From positions 93,140 through 157,139 of the forward strand of contig JANWXW010000048.1 in the NCBI GenBank assembly GCA_025057315.1: a DNA stretch of 64,000 nucleotides. Reading direction: 5' to 3'. The notes beneath the pieces are model-generated. The model was given only the letters and a program-made list of their open reading frames with translations, was not told the DNA's origin and did no database searches. The DNA comes from Myxococcota bacterium (lineage in GTDB: Bacteria; Myxococcota_A; Polyangia; Palsa-1104; JAEUJZ01). Within the stretch, counting starts at the first letter, position 1. Every line of letters begins with the position of its first letter. Positions 15,211 through 23,735 of the stretch are shown here, in pieces. The position numbers and the translations under genes were made by a program.

Positions 15211-17934
15211 CTAGGGAAGGTCGCGGGCGCGGTGGGCCGCGCTGGAGACGGGCAACTCAGCTGCGGCCACCGGCTGGAGCCAGGTCAGGCCGCCCGCTCC
15301 TGGTCGCCAGGGCGCAGGGGGCCAGCGCAGCGCGTGTCCGGCCGGACCCCGGTGGCAGCGCAGGCAGGCGCTGCCGCCGACGAGCACGCCGCGGCCTGGG
15401 CCGACCACCAGGTGGCCGTCTGCGTCGTAGCTGACGCCCTCCAAGGTGCCGTCTGGGCGTTCGATGAGCAGCTCCACGTCGCGCAGCGCCCCGCTGCCAT
15501 CCATCGTCTGGACCAGGGACAGCCGGTCCAGCCCTGCCCACAGCCGCTGCCGCACGCGCCGGTGGGGCCGCACCCGCGACTCACCGGGCGCCAGGTGCTC
15601 GGGTGGCGCTGCCTGCAGGGCATCGCCCAGCCGCTGAACCAGCTCCCCCAGGGTGGCGGGCAGCTCCCCCCGGTCGCGCCGCAGCCGCAGGATCTCGCCG
15701 TCCAGGTCCGTCCCGGGCGGCTGGCCTGCCTCCCAGGCCGAGAGGCGCTCCCGGTAGGCCGTGCTGTCCAGCTCTCGCACCAGCAGCACGCCGTCGGCGT
15801 CGGGGTCTGGCCGGGGCGCCTCGCCGGTGGCCGCAGCGATGTAGGCTGCCATGCGCTCCAGCGCCTGCGGGTCGCGGGTCGCCGGGCGAAACCGGCGCTC
15901 CGGCTCCAGCGCGGCCGCCGTGCGGTCCAGGGCGGACAGCAGCCCCGAGAGCCGCTCGGACAGCTCCGCCACCTCGGCGCGGGGCAGGCTGAGGCAGAGC
16001 ACGCGCGGCCGCAGCGCCTGGACCGCCCGCCGGACCCCTTCCATCCACATCTGCCCATCGGCTGGTCGGCGCAGGGCCGGAAGCGGGCAGGAACCACCCG
16101 CCTGACAGCCCACGGCCAGCCCGGACAGGGCCAGCTGCATCTCCAGCAGATCCCAGCGCTGCACCACGTCCTGGCCGGCCGCGCTGGTCTGCAGCGTCCG
16201 GCGGAGGCGGACAAAGCTGGCGCTGGCCCGCTGGTAGGCCGTGAGCAGGGCCTGCAGCCCGCCCAGCAGCCGGCCGCTGGCCTGCTCCGGGAAGGTCGCA
16301 GCCAGGGCGCTCAGGCCCGCCTGCTCTGCCTGCAGCATGAGCAGCGCGCCGGTCGGGATTCCATGCCGCGCCAGACGCTCCTCGCCCACGCGGACGACCC
16401 CGTACAGGAAGGGGGGCCGACCGAAGTAGCTGGCCGGCGGATGGAGCCCTGGCAGCAGGCGCCTCAGCGGCGCCAGGGGGTGGAGCTGGTCGGCCAGCAG
16501 CGTGCGCAGGGGCCCGGCCAGGGCAAAGGCACGCAGCAGGGCGCCACCGGGCGGGGCGGCACGGGCGCGGAGCAGCCCCAGCGCCTCCAGGGACGAGGCC
16601 GGCAAGGTGGCCTCCACGGCCACCGGCGCGTCAGGCGGCAGCGCCTCCAGGCGTGCCAGCGCCCCTGGGTCCTCCGGCCGGATCGGGCGAGCCCAGGACC
16701 GCAGCGTCGCCGTGCGGACCAGCAGCGGCCGCGGTTGCGTGCCGTCCTGCTCGCGCAGCACCAGGTAGGGGTAGCCCCGCGGCAGCCCAGAGGCACGCAA
16801 CACCTGCTCGGGTCGATCGAGCGCCTCCTCGAGCGTCGCGGCAGCCAGCGTCAGCAGGGCGGCCCGCTGGGGATGGCCCACCAGCGCCCGCAGGTTGCGC
16901 TGCGCCGGCGGCGCGTCGGCGCGAATCCGCAGCGGCACCATGCCCGCCGGCAGCTGGCGGGCCAGAGCCAGGTCCTCGCTGGTGGCCCCCTCCAGAAAGG
17001 CGCGCAGCAGGGGGCCGCGGAAGCCAACCCGCTGCGCCACCTGCAGCAGCGACTCACCCAGGACCGCAGCAGCCAGGCGGCTGAGCAGGGGCACCTCAGA
17101 GACAAAGGCATAGAGCGAGCGGAGCACCCCCTCCTCCAGCGGACCAAACTGCTGCTGCGCCTGTCGCGCCCAGGCAGGGTAAGGGGGGACCGGTGCCGTC
17201 GCCTCCCGGGCCCATCGGGCCGCGGCCGAGGGAGCCAGGCCGGCTCGCCTCAGGTCAATAAAGGCCGCTGTGCCCTGGGGGCTTCGGGCCAGCGCCGCCG
17301 CATCGGCGCGGGAGGCGGCCCAGTGGCGCATCAGGCGTCGCTGGCGGCGCGCCGGTGGCTCCGCCGGGTCCAGCAGCGCGCCCTCGCGTCGGATCGACCC
17401 GTCGGCCTCCAGCTCGTAGGCCAGGCCCCGCTCGTAGTCGCTGACATGGATGCCACCACGGCCGGTTGTCACCCGCACCAGCACCTGGCCCCCCGCATCG
17501 AGCAGCTCGTGCACGGTCGCCAGCGGGTCGCCCGCTGTGCCGCGGTGCTGCCCCTGCCGCAGGTCGGGGGGCAGCCCACGCAGCAGGTCCTGGAGCGCCG
17601 CCTCCAGGGGGGACCCGCCGGCCTCGCCTGGCCCCTGCCCCGCTGGCGCCCTCACCTCCATGCGCAGCGCGACCGGTGGGAACACATCCAGGGCCCCTGG
17701 TGAAACAGCCGCTGCGGATCGGACCGCCCCCCCCGCCCCCCAGGGGCGTCCGGGCCGCGCACCGGGGCTCGCCGCCGGGCGGGCCGCGTGGCCGTCGCAG
17801 CCGGGCTGGCGCGGGTCGAGGCAGCGCGCGGTGTCCTGGGCCGCCCGATCCGAACCGCGGTGCAGCTGCCAGCTGACCGCCCCCAGAACGCACAGGGCCA
17901 GAACGACGACGATCGCCCGGAGCAGGCCGCTCAT
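15211..17934 (-). CDS. Large hypothetical protein (907 aa) with an N-terminal signal/anchor and a C-terminal CXXCH motif
   Basis: MSGLLRAIVVVLALCVLGAVSW is a signal or anchor. The protein is Ala/Leu/Arg-rich and has ...GGSACLRCHRGPAGH near the C-terminus. The fully overlapping plus-strand ORF (15079..17703) is Gln/Gly/Arg-rich, typical of antisense high-GC sequence, and is rejected. Confidence 0.5.
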   Translation of the reverse strand: MSGLLRAIVVVLALCVLGAVSWQLHRGSDRAAQDTARCLDPRQPGCDGHAARPAASPGARPGRPWGAGGAVRSAAAVSPGALDVFPPVALRMEVRAPAGQGPGEAGGSPLEAALQDLLRGLPPDLRQGQHRGTAGDPLATVHELLDAGGQVLVRVTTGRGGIHVSDYERGLAYELEADGSIRREGALLDPAEPPARRQRRLMRHWAASRADAAALARSPQGTAAFIDLRRAGLAPSAAARWAREATAPVPPYPAWARQAQQQFGPLEEGVLRSLYAFVSEVPLLSRLAAAVLGESLLQVAQRVGFRGPLLRAFLEGATSEDLALARQLPAGMVPLRIRADAPPAQRNLRALVGHPQRAALLTLAAATLEEALDRPEQVLRASGLPRGYPYLVLREQDGTQPRPLLVRTATLRSWARPIRPEDPGALARLEALPPDAPVAVEATLPASSLEALGLLRARAAPPGGALLRAFALAGPLRTLLADQLHPLAPLRRLLPGLHPPASYFGRPPFLYGVVRVGEERLARHGIPTGALLMLQAEQAGLSALAATFPEQASGRLLGGLQALLTAYQRASASFVRLRRTLQTSAAGQDVVQRWDLLEMQLALSGLAVGCQAGGSCPLPALRRPADGQMWMEGVRRAVQALRPRVLCLSLPRAEVAELSERLSGLLSALDRTAAALEPERRFRPATRDPQALERMAAYIAAATGEAPRPDPDADGVLLVRELDSTAYRERLSAWEAGQPPGTDLDGEILRLRRDRGELPATLGELVQRLGDALQAAPPEHLAPGESRVRPHRRVRQRLWAGLDRLSLVQTMDGSGALRDVELLIERPDGTLEGVSYDADGHLVVGPGRGVLVGGSACLRCHRGPAGHALRWPPAPWRPGAGGLTWLQPVAAAELPVSSAAHRARDLP

Positions 17935-17951
17935 GGCGGAATGTTAGGATA

Positions 17952-19211
17952 TCACCTGGTCCCTGGCGGTGCGGCGTACAGGTCCAGCTGGGGGTCCTCG
18001 TGCAGGAGGCAGAAGACCTGGCGGATCTGCTCGTGGCCGGTGCGCAGCAGAAAGGCGCTGTTGCGCCCGTAGCTCTTGGCGCCCAGCACGAAGAAGCGCG
18101 GCTCTGGGCTCTGCAGCAGCTCGGGCCCCAGGGCGGGCTGGGCCAGGCAATCGCCTCCTGCGCCGACCAGGGCCGCGGCCAGCCTCATGAGCCCCCCGGT
18201 GGCATAGCACTCGTGGACTTGGAGCTCGCGGTACAGGGTGGGGTCCGGACCGTAGCCGGTCAGGCCGATGACCTCATCGCACAGCTCCTCGTGCCAGCGG
18301 TCCGCGCCCTGGCGCAGCAGCACGCGCAGCCGGGGGCCCTCAGCCGACAGGCTCTCTACAAAGACCCCGTGGAGAAAGCGCAGCTTCCCGCCCTGGGTGG
18401 CGCCGGCGCGGGCCAGCTCGTTGGCGGCGTGCATGAGGGCGGCCCGGCTGGGCAGCGGGTCCCCGGGGATCGGCACATACGGCGTCAACCCCTCCCGGCG
18501 CACAGCCCACACCACCTCGGTGCGTGGCTCCTGCCGCTGCAACTCCACGAGCGCACACGCCACCGTGGCTGCCGACAGCCCGGCGCCGACAACCAGGACC
18601 TTTCGACCGGCAAACCGGTGCCGATCGCGACCGAGGACGTCCGGAATGTGGCGCCACAGCCTGCTGCCCAGCCAGCGCTCGCCCGGGGCGGGGATGCCGC
18701 CGTCCCCCAGGGCGTTGGGGTGGCCATAGGTGCCGCTGCAATCGAGGACCACATCGGCATGCTCGATGTGCTCGCCGCTGCGGTCCTCCACGAGCAGACG
18801 GAAGGCGTGGCGGGCGCGGCCGGGGCGCCCAATGAGGTCCCCCTTGAGCAGGCCATCGCGGCCGATCTGGACCACACGGCTGTGGGTCTGGATGTGTCCG
18901 GCCAGCAGCGGGTCGCGGGACAGTGGCAGCAGGTACTGTTCTGCCAGCTCAGCGCCCGTTGGACAGATGGAATCCTCCGGCACGCGGTAGCCGGCCTCGG
19001 CGAGCCGGCGCGTGCCCAGTGGCGTGCGGTTCATGGCCCAGGGGGACAGCATGCGCACGTGCCGCCAGCTCAGGACCCCACGTGCCACCTCGCCCTGCTC
19101 GAAAAGGCGCACGTCGTGCCCCAGGCACCTGCCGTACAGGGCTGCCTCCAGGCCAATGGGACCGCCGCCCACAATGGCGATGCGGACAGCACGAGCGGCT
19201 GCACCGGTCAT
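17952..19211 (-). CDS. FAD/NAD(P)-binding oxidoreductase (two Rossmann folds; flavin monooxygenase / pyridine-nucleotide-disulfide-oxidoreductase-like)
   Basis: RIAIVGGGPIGLEAAL (FAD GxGxxG) and RKVLVVGAGLSAATVA (second dinucleotide site). Confidence 0.8.
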   Translation of the reverse strand: MTGAAARAVRIAIVGGGPIGLEAALYGRCLGHDVRLFEQGEVARGVLSWRHVRMLSPWAMNRTPLGTRRLAEAGYRVPEDSICPTGAELAEQYLLPLSRDPLLAGHIQTHSRVVQIGRDGLLKGDLIGRPGRARHAFRLLVEDRSGEHIEHADVVLDCSGTYGHPNALGDGGIPAPGERWLGSRLWRHIPDVLGRDRHRFAGRKVLVVGAGLSAATVACALVELQRQEPRTEVVWAVRREGLTPYVPIPGDPLPSRAALMHAANELARAGATQGGKLRFLHGVFVESLSAEGPRLRVLLRQGADRWHEELCDEVIGLTGYGPDPTLYRELQVHECYATGGLMRLAAALVGAGGDCLAQPALGPELLQSPEPRFFVLGAKSYGRNSAFLLRTGHEQIRQVFCLLHEDPQLDLYAAPPGTR

Positions 19212-19259
19212 GGCTGCCTCCAGGACATGGGCCGCGACCCGGTGCCGGGCAGCATGGAC

Positions 19260-20282
19260 CTAGTTCCTTGCGCCGCGTCCAGCGGGGCGTGCGGCCGGAG
19301 CGTCCGGATCGATGCTGGAAGGGGGCAGGTCCGGCGCGACCATGCCCCGCAGCGCACGTTGCATGGCGCGCAGGCGGCCCCACACCCCCCCGGCCTGCGC
19401 CTGCTCGTCGGGAAACAGCGCCTCGCCAGCGGCGGTCATCAGGCGGTTGACGATCTCGCCCTCGACGGTTGGCCCGGCGCCGGTTTCGCGCGCCAGCGCC
19501 TCAAAGGCCAGCGCCTGCTTGCTCAGGCCGAGCGTGAAGACGCGCCGCGGATCGACGCCAATGGTGCGCAGGTCGTCCTCTAGAAGCTTCAGCTCGGCCA
19601 TGGCCCAGCCCATCACCTGCGCCTGCGCCAGCAGCAGCGCGATGGCGCGGTGCCGCGGCAGGGACCGAAGCATCACCGGCAGGTGCTGCAGGCCCAGGCC
19701 CACATGGCGCGCCTCGTCCTTTTCGTAGTAGCGCAGCAGCTCACACAGCACGGGCTCAACGCCGCTTTCGCGCACCGCCTGGAAGATGGTCAGCGCGATG
19801 GTCTCGATGAGCAGCTGCATGCCCGACAGCTTCAGGCACAGGTCGTCTGTCTCCAGGACGATGTCGAGCAGAGCACGCGCCGGACGGTCGATGCGGGTGG
19901 GCACCGGACCGTGCAGGCTCAGATAGTCGTACATCACATAGAAGTGACGCGCCTCGTCGTGCACCTGGGAGGAGGCGGCCAGCTTGGCACCCAGGGGCAC
20001 CAGGCGATCTGCAAGCTGGGCCGAGACCTTCCAGGCTGCCAGCTCGCCCCACATGAGAATGGAGAAGATGCGCATCAGGGCTGCTCGCTTGTCGGCCGCC
20101 ACGTGCACCCCGCCGTGCTTGTCGAGCAGCTCCCCCAGCACCCGGCGGCCGTTCCACTGCAGCTCCTGGCCGCGGTGGTAGATGTTGGCTAGCTTCTCCG
20201 CCCGGCGCGCCTCGGTGGCGTTGAGGCGGAGGTCGAACATATCGAAGGGAATCTGGCTGCGACCCAGACCGAACAGCGACAT
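19260..20282 (-). CDS. Ferritin-like diiron-carboxylate protein (two ExxH motifs)
   Basis: SSQVHDEARHFY and YYEKDEARHVGL are two EX2H diiron ligands in helical context. The start is reset to the ATG at 20282 (MSLFGL), which is preceded by GGAGG. The track ORF begins at an upstream TTG. Confidence 0.75.
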   Translation of the reverse strand: MSLFGLGRSQIPFDMFDLRLNATEARRAEKLANIYHRGQELQWNGRRVLGELLDKHGGVHVAADKRAALMRIFSILMWGELAAWKVSAQLADRLVPLGAKLAASSQVHDEARHFYVMYDYLSLHGPVPTRIDRPARALLDIVLETDDLCLKLSGMQLLIETIALTIFQAVRESGVEPVLCELLRYYEKDEARHVGLGLQHLPVMLRSLPRHRAIALLLAQAQVMGWAMAELKLLEDDLRTIGVDPRRVFTLGLSKQALAFEALARETGAGPTVEGEIVNRLMTAAGEALFPDEQAQAGGVWGRLRAMQRALRGMVAPDLPPSSIDPDAPAARPAGRGARN

Positions 20283-20387
20283 GTGCGCCTCCGCCAAGGA
20301 CTGTGTTCAGAATTTACTTAACAAGCGTGTCGGCCCTTGTCCAGCCCCCCCGTTGGGCGAGCCATTTTTTGCTACCATGGCAAATAG

Positions 20388-21830
20388 GTGTTTCCGTCTC
20401 AGTACGTCTGTCCCAGGTGCTACCGGCCCGTCCAGCCGAGCCACCCCCACTGCAGGGCCTGCGGTCAGGTGCGGGGCCCAGCTGGGTGGGTGGTCGATCC
20501 CATGGTGGGGCGGCTGGTGGCCGGCAAGTACCGCATCGAGTCCCGTCTGGGTGCTGGTGGCATGGGGGCGATCTTCCGTGCCACGCAGCGCTATGGGGAG
20601 CAGGACCTAGGGCCAGTGGTGGTCAAGTTCCTCATCGGGGAGCATGCCCAGGACCCCGAGCGGCGAGCGCGTTTTGTCAAGGAGGCGCGGGCTGCGCGCG
20701 AGCTGCGCTCGCCTCATGTGGTCAAGGTGTTCGACTTCGGCGAGGACGAGGACGGGACACCCTACCTGGTGATGGAGCTGCTGGAGGGCAAGAGCTTATT
20801 TGCGGTGCTGCAAGAGGGGGGTCCGCTGCCGGTGCAGCGGGCGCTGCGCATCGGCATGCAGGTGGCCGAGGCGATGATGGAGTGTCACGAGCGGGGCATT
20901 CTGCATCGCGATCTGAAGCCGGACAACCTGCTTTTGCTCGGCTCCCGCGCCGGTGACTTCGTTAAGATCGTCGACTTTGGCATCGCGCGCGTGCCGGTGG
21001 GCCCGGCCGTGCAGCAGGCCCAGAGCGCCGTCTCCAGCGTGGTCATCGGCACTCCCCGCTACATGGCGCCGGAGCAGATCACGGGTCAGCCCATCGACGG
21101 GCGCATGGACATCTTTGCCCTGGGCGTGATTCTATTTGAGGCGATGTGCGGCTGTCCTCCGATCCCGCTGCGGGAGGGGGACAACGAGATGGCCTATGTG
21201 GCACTCAACCTGAGCGAGCGGCCGCGCAAGGTCTCGGACCTGCTCATGGGCGTGCCGCCGGAGCTGGACGCGCTCATCGACCGGATGATGGCCAAGCGGC
21301 CAGAGGACCGGCCCCGCACGATGGCAGAGGTGCTGGTGGCGCTGGAGCAGCTGATGCAGCTGCCGCAGCTGAGGCACGAGCCGCAGGATCCGGAGCGAGA
21401 GGCACTGCGGCAGTCGGCGGCGCACCTGCTGGTGCCCCGGCCAGGGCCTGTGACGCTGACACCAGCCCAGGTGCGCCGGTCCCTCATGGCACTGATGGGG
21501 CGGAGGCGGTACTTGGTGCCGGCCCTGGTGGGGGCGGTGGTGGGGCTGGCGCTGCTGGTGGGGTGGCTCCTGACCTCCCCGCGGCTCGAGCTGCCGTCCC
21601 CTCAGGCAACGCCCGGGCCGATCCCCGCGGCAGGCTCCACCGCAGCGCCAGCGGCCTCAGGAGCCCCTCCGGCCCAGGCTGGCATGCACGCCAACCAGCC
21701 CCCCCCACCCGCTGCGAGCCCCCCAGCGCCGACCCCAGGCCTGCCGTCCGTGGGCAGGGGCCAGGCCAGGATGCGGCCGGGGGCCTCCCCTGCGGGTCGC
21801 GTCAGCAGCGCGGCGCGGCGGGACCGTTGA
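20388..21830 (+). CDS. Ser/Thr protein kinase with N-terminal zinc ribbon and C-terminal TM and Pro/Ala-rich tail
   Basis: CPRCYRPV...CRACG ribbon. Kinase motifs are GAGGMGAIF...VVVK, HRDLKPDNLLL, DFG, and APE. A TM segment follows (LVPALVGAVVGLALLVGWLL). GTG start. Confidence 0.9.
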   Translation: MFPSQYVCPRCYRPVQPSHPHCRACGQVRGPAGWVVDPMVGRLVAGKYRIESRLGAGGMGAIFRATQRYGEQDLGPVVVKFLIGEHAQDPERRARFVKEARAARELRSPHVVKVFDFGEDEDGTPYLVMELLEGKSLFAVLQEGGPLPVQRALRIGMQVAEAMMECHERGILHRDLKPDNLLLLGSRAGDFVKIVDFGIARVPVGPAVQQAQSAVSSVVIGTPRYMAPEQITGQPIDGRMDIFALGVILFEAMCGCPPIPLREGDNEMAYVALNLSERPRKVSDLLMGVPPELDALIDRMMAKRPEDRPRTMAEVLVALEQLMQLPQLRHEPQDPEREALRQSAAHLLVPRPGPVTLTPAQVRRSLMALMGRRRYLVPALVGAVVGLALLVGWLLTSPRLELPSPQATPGPIPAAGSTAAPAASGAPPAQAGMHANQPPPPAASPPAPTPGLPSVGRGQARMRPGASPAGRVSSAARRDR

Positions 21831-21968
21831 GCGACCCGACCCGCACAACTGGAACCCACGCCAACAGGGTGTCATGCTCTTGTGACAGGGCCGCAGCGGC
21901 CTCTATGCTGAAAGCGAACCAACCACGATAGGGAGCTGCCGTCTCCTTCTGTCCGGCGCGCCAGTCTG

Positions 21969-23735
21969 ATGCCACCGACCGACGTTTTGAACCCATCCTA
22001 CTACCACCGCGTCGTCGACTGCCAGTGGGCGTGCCCGGCGCACACCAACGTGCCAGAGTACATTCGGCTCATCGCCCAGGGGCGCTACAGCGACGCCTAC
22101 CTGCTCAACCGGGAATCGAACGTGTTCCCGGGGATTTTGGGCCGCACCTGCGACCGGCCGTGCGAGCCGGCGTGCCGCCGCACCCGCGTCGATGGCAAGC
22201 CAGTGGCCATCTGCCGGCTGAAGCGGGTGGCCGCCGACCTGCGCGACGACATCCGCCCCCGTCTGCCCCGGGCCCCGAGCCAGAAGAACGGCCGGCGCAT
22301 CGCCTGTGTCGGCTGTGGGCCCGCCTCGCTGACGGTGGCCAATGACCTGCTGCCGCTGGGCTATGAGGTCGTCATCTATGAGAAGCTGTCGCAGCCCGGG
22401 GGGCTGATGCGTACCAACATCCCGGCCTTCCGCCTGCCCGTGGAGGTGCTGGACGAGGAGATCAACTACATCCTCGACATGGGGGTGGACCTGCGCCTGG
22501 GCACACCGGTGGAGAGCATGAAGTGGCTGCTGCAGCAGGGCTACGATGCCATCTTTGTCGGCAGCGGCGCGCCCAAGGGCAAGGACCTAAACCTACCTGG
22601 GCGCTATGACAGCGACAAGGTCTACATTGGCATCGAGTGGTTGGAGGCTGTGCACTTCGGCCACGTGGAGCGCATCGAGGAGCGCGTGCTCATCATCGGC
22701 GTGGGCAACACGGCAATGGACTGTTGCCGCACGGCCCGGCGCCTTGGCGGACGCGACGTAAAGGTCATGGCGCGACGCACCCGGCCCTACTTTAAGGCCT
22801 CGCCGTGGGAGCTGGAGGATGCCGAAGAAGAGGGCGTGCAGATCGTCGAGAACCATGCGCCCAGCCGCTTTGTCGTCGAACATGGCCGGCTCACGGGCAT
22901 GGAGTTCGAGGTGCTGCAGTGGTACGAGGAGGGTGGCCGACAAAAGAGCCGCACGGTCGACAAGGTCATCGTCCCCTGCGACGCCGTCATCCTGGCCATC
23001 GGCCAGGACAACGCGTTCCCCTGGATCGAGCGCGACATCGGCATCCAGTTCAACGAGTGGGACATGCCCATTGTGGACCGCCAGACCATGCAGTGCAGCC
23101 TGCCCGGGGTGTTCTTCGGCGGCGATGCGGCCTGGGGCCCGGAGAACATCATCTGGGCTGTGGCGCACGGGCATCAGGCGGCCATCTCGATCCACAACCA
23201 CTGCCAGGGCATCCCGCTGACCCAGCGCCCGCCCCAGCGCATGACGCTGACCAGTACCAAGATGGGCTTCCACGAGTGGAGCTACAGCAACGCGTACAGC
23301 CCGGCCCAGCGGGCGAAGATGATCCACGTCGACCTGAGTGAGCGGTTCCAACGGCTGAACATCGAGGTCGAGACCGGTTTTACTCCAGAGCAGACCGCAA
23401 GCGAGGTGGAGCGGTGCCTCAACTGCGATGTGCAAACCCATTTTACCGCGCCGCTGTGCATCGAGTGCGACGCGTGCATCGACATCTGTCCGGTGGACTG
23501 CCTGACCCTGACCACCGACGGGCCCGAGGAGCAACTGCGGCTCCGGCTGACGGTGCCGGCCAGAAACCTCAAGCAGCCCCTGTATGTCTCGTCGCCGCTC
23601 AAGCAGACCGGGCGCGTGATGGTCAAAGACGAGGACCTGTGCCTGCACTGCGGGCTGTGCGCCGAGCGTTGCCCGACCGCGGCCTGGGACATGCGAAAGT
23701 TCAACCTCCTTATCCCCTACGCTGGACATGAATGA
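21969..23735 (+). CDS. GltD-like NAD(P)H-dependent FAD oxidoreductase with a C-terminal 2x[4Fe-4S] ferredoxin domain
   Basis: N-terminal Cys cluster (CDRPCEPAC), GCGPASL and IIGVGNTAMDC Rossmann sites, and a C-terminal CIECDACIDICP...CLHCGLCAERCP. It overlaps the korA start. Confidence 0.85.
   Translation: MPPTDVLNPSYYHRVVDCQWACPAHTNVPEYIRLIAQGRYSDAYLLNRESNVFPGILGRTCDRPCEPACRRTRVDGKPVAICRLKRVAADLRDDIRPRLPRAPSQKNGRRIACVGCGPASLTVANDLLPLGYEVVIYEKLSQPGGLMRTNIPAFRLPVEVLDEEINYILDMGVDLRLGTPVESMKWLLQQGYDAIFVGSGAPKGKDLNLPGRYDSDKVYIGIEWLEAVHFGHVERIEERVLIIGVGNTAMDCCRTARRLGGRDVKVMARRTRPYFKASPWELEDAEEEGVQIVENHAPSRFVVEHGRLTGMEFEVLQWYEEGGRQKSRTVDKVIVPCDAVILAIGQDNAFPWIERDIGIQFNEWDMPIVDRQTMQCSLPGVFFGGDAAWGPENIIWAVAHGHQAAISIHNHCQGIPLTQRPPQRMTLTSTKMGFHEWSYSNAYSPAQRAKMIHVDLSERFQRLNIEVETGFTPEQTASEVERCLNCDVQTHFTAPLCIECDACIDICPVDCLTLTTDGPEEQLRLRLTVPARNLKQPLYVSSPLKQTGRVMVKDEDLCLHCGLCAERCPTAAWDMRKFNLLIPYAGHE

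Noticed and set aside
15079-17703. 874-aa plus-strand ORF
   Set aside because: It is a mirror of the minus-strand 907-aa gene. It is Gln/Gly/Arg/Pro-rich, has no signal or motifs, and is judged an antisense artefact. It is flagged as needing expression data.
18000-19583. 527-aa plus-strand ORF over the flavoprotein gene
   Set aside because: It is antisense to a gene with clear FAD and NAD(P) Rossmann motifs, and its composition is low in complexity.
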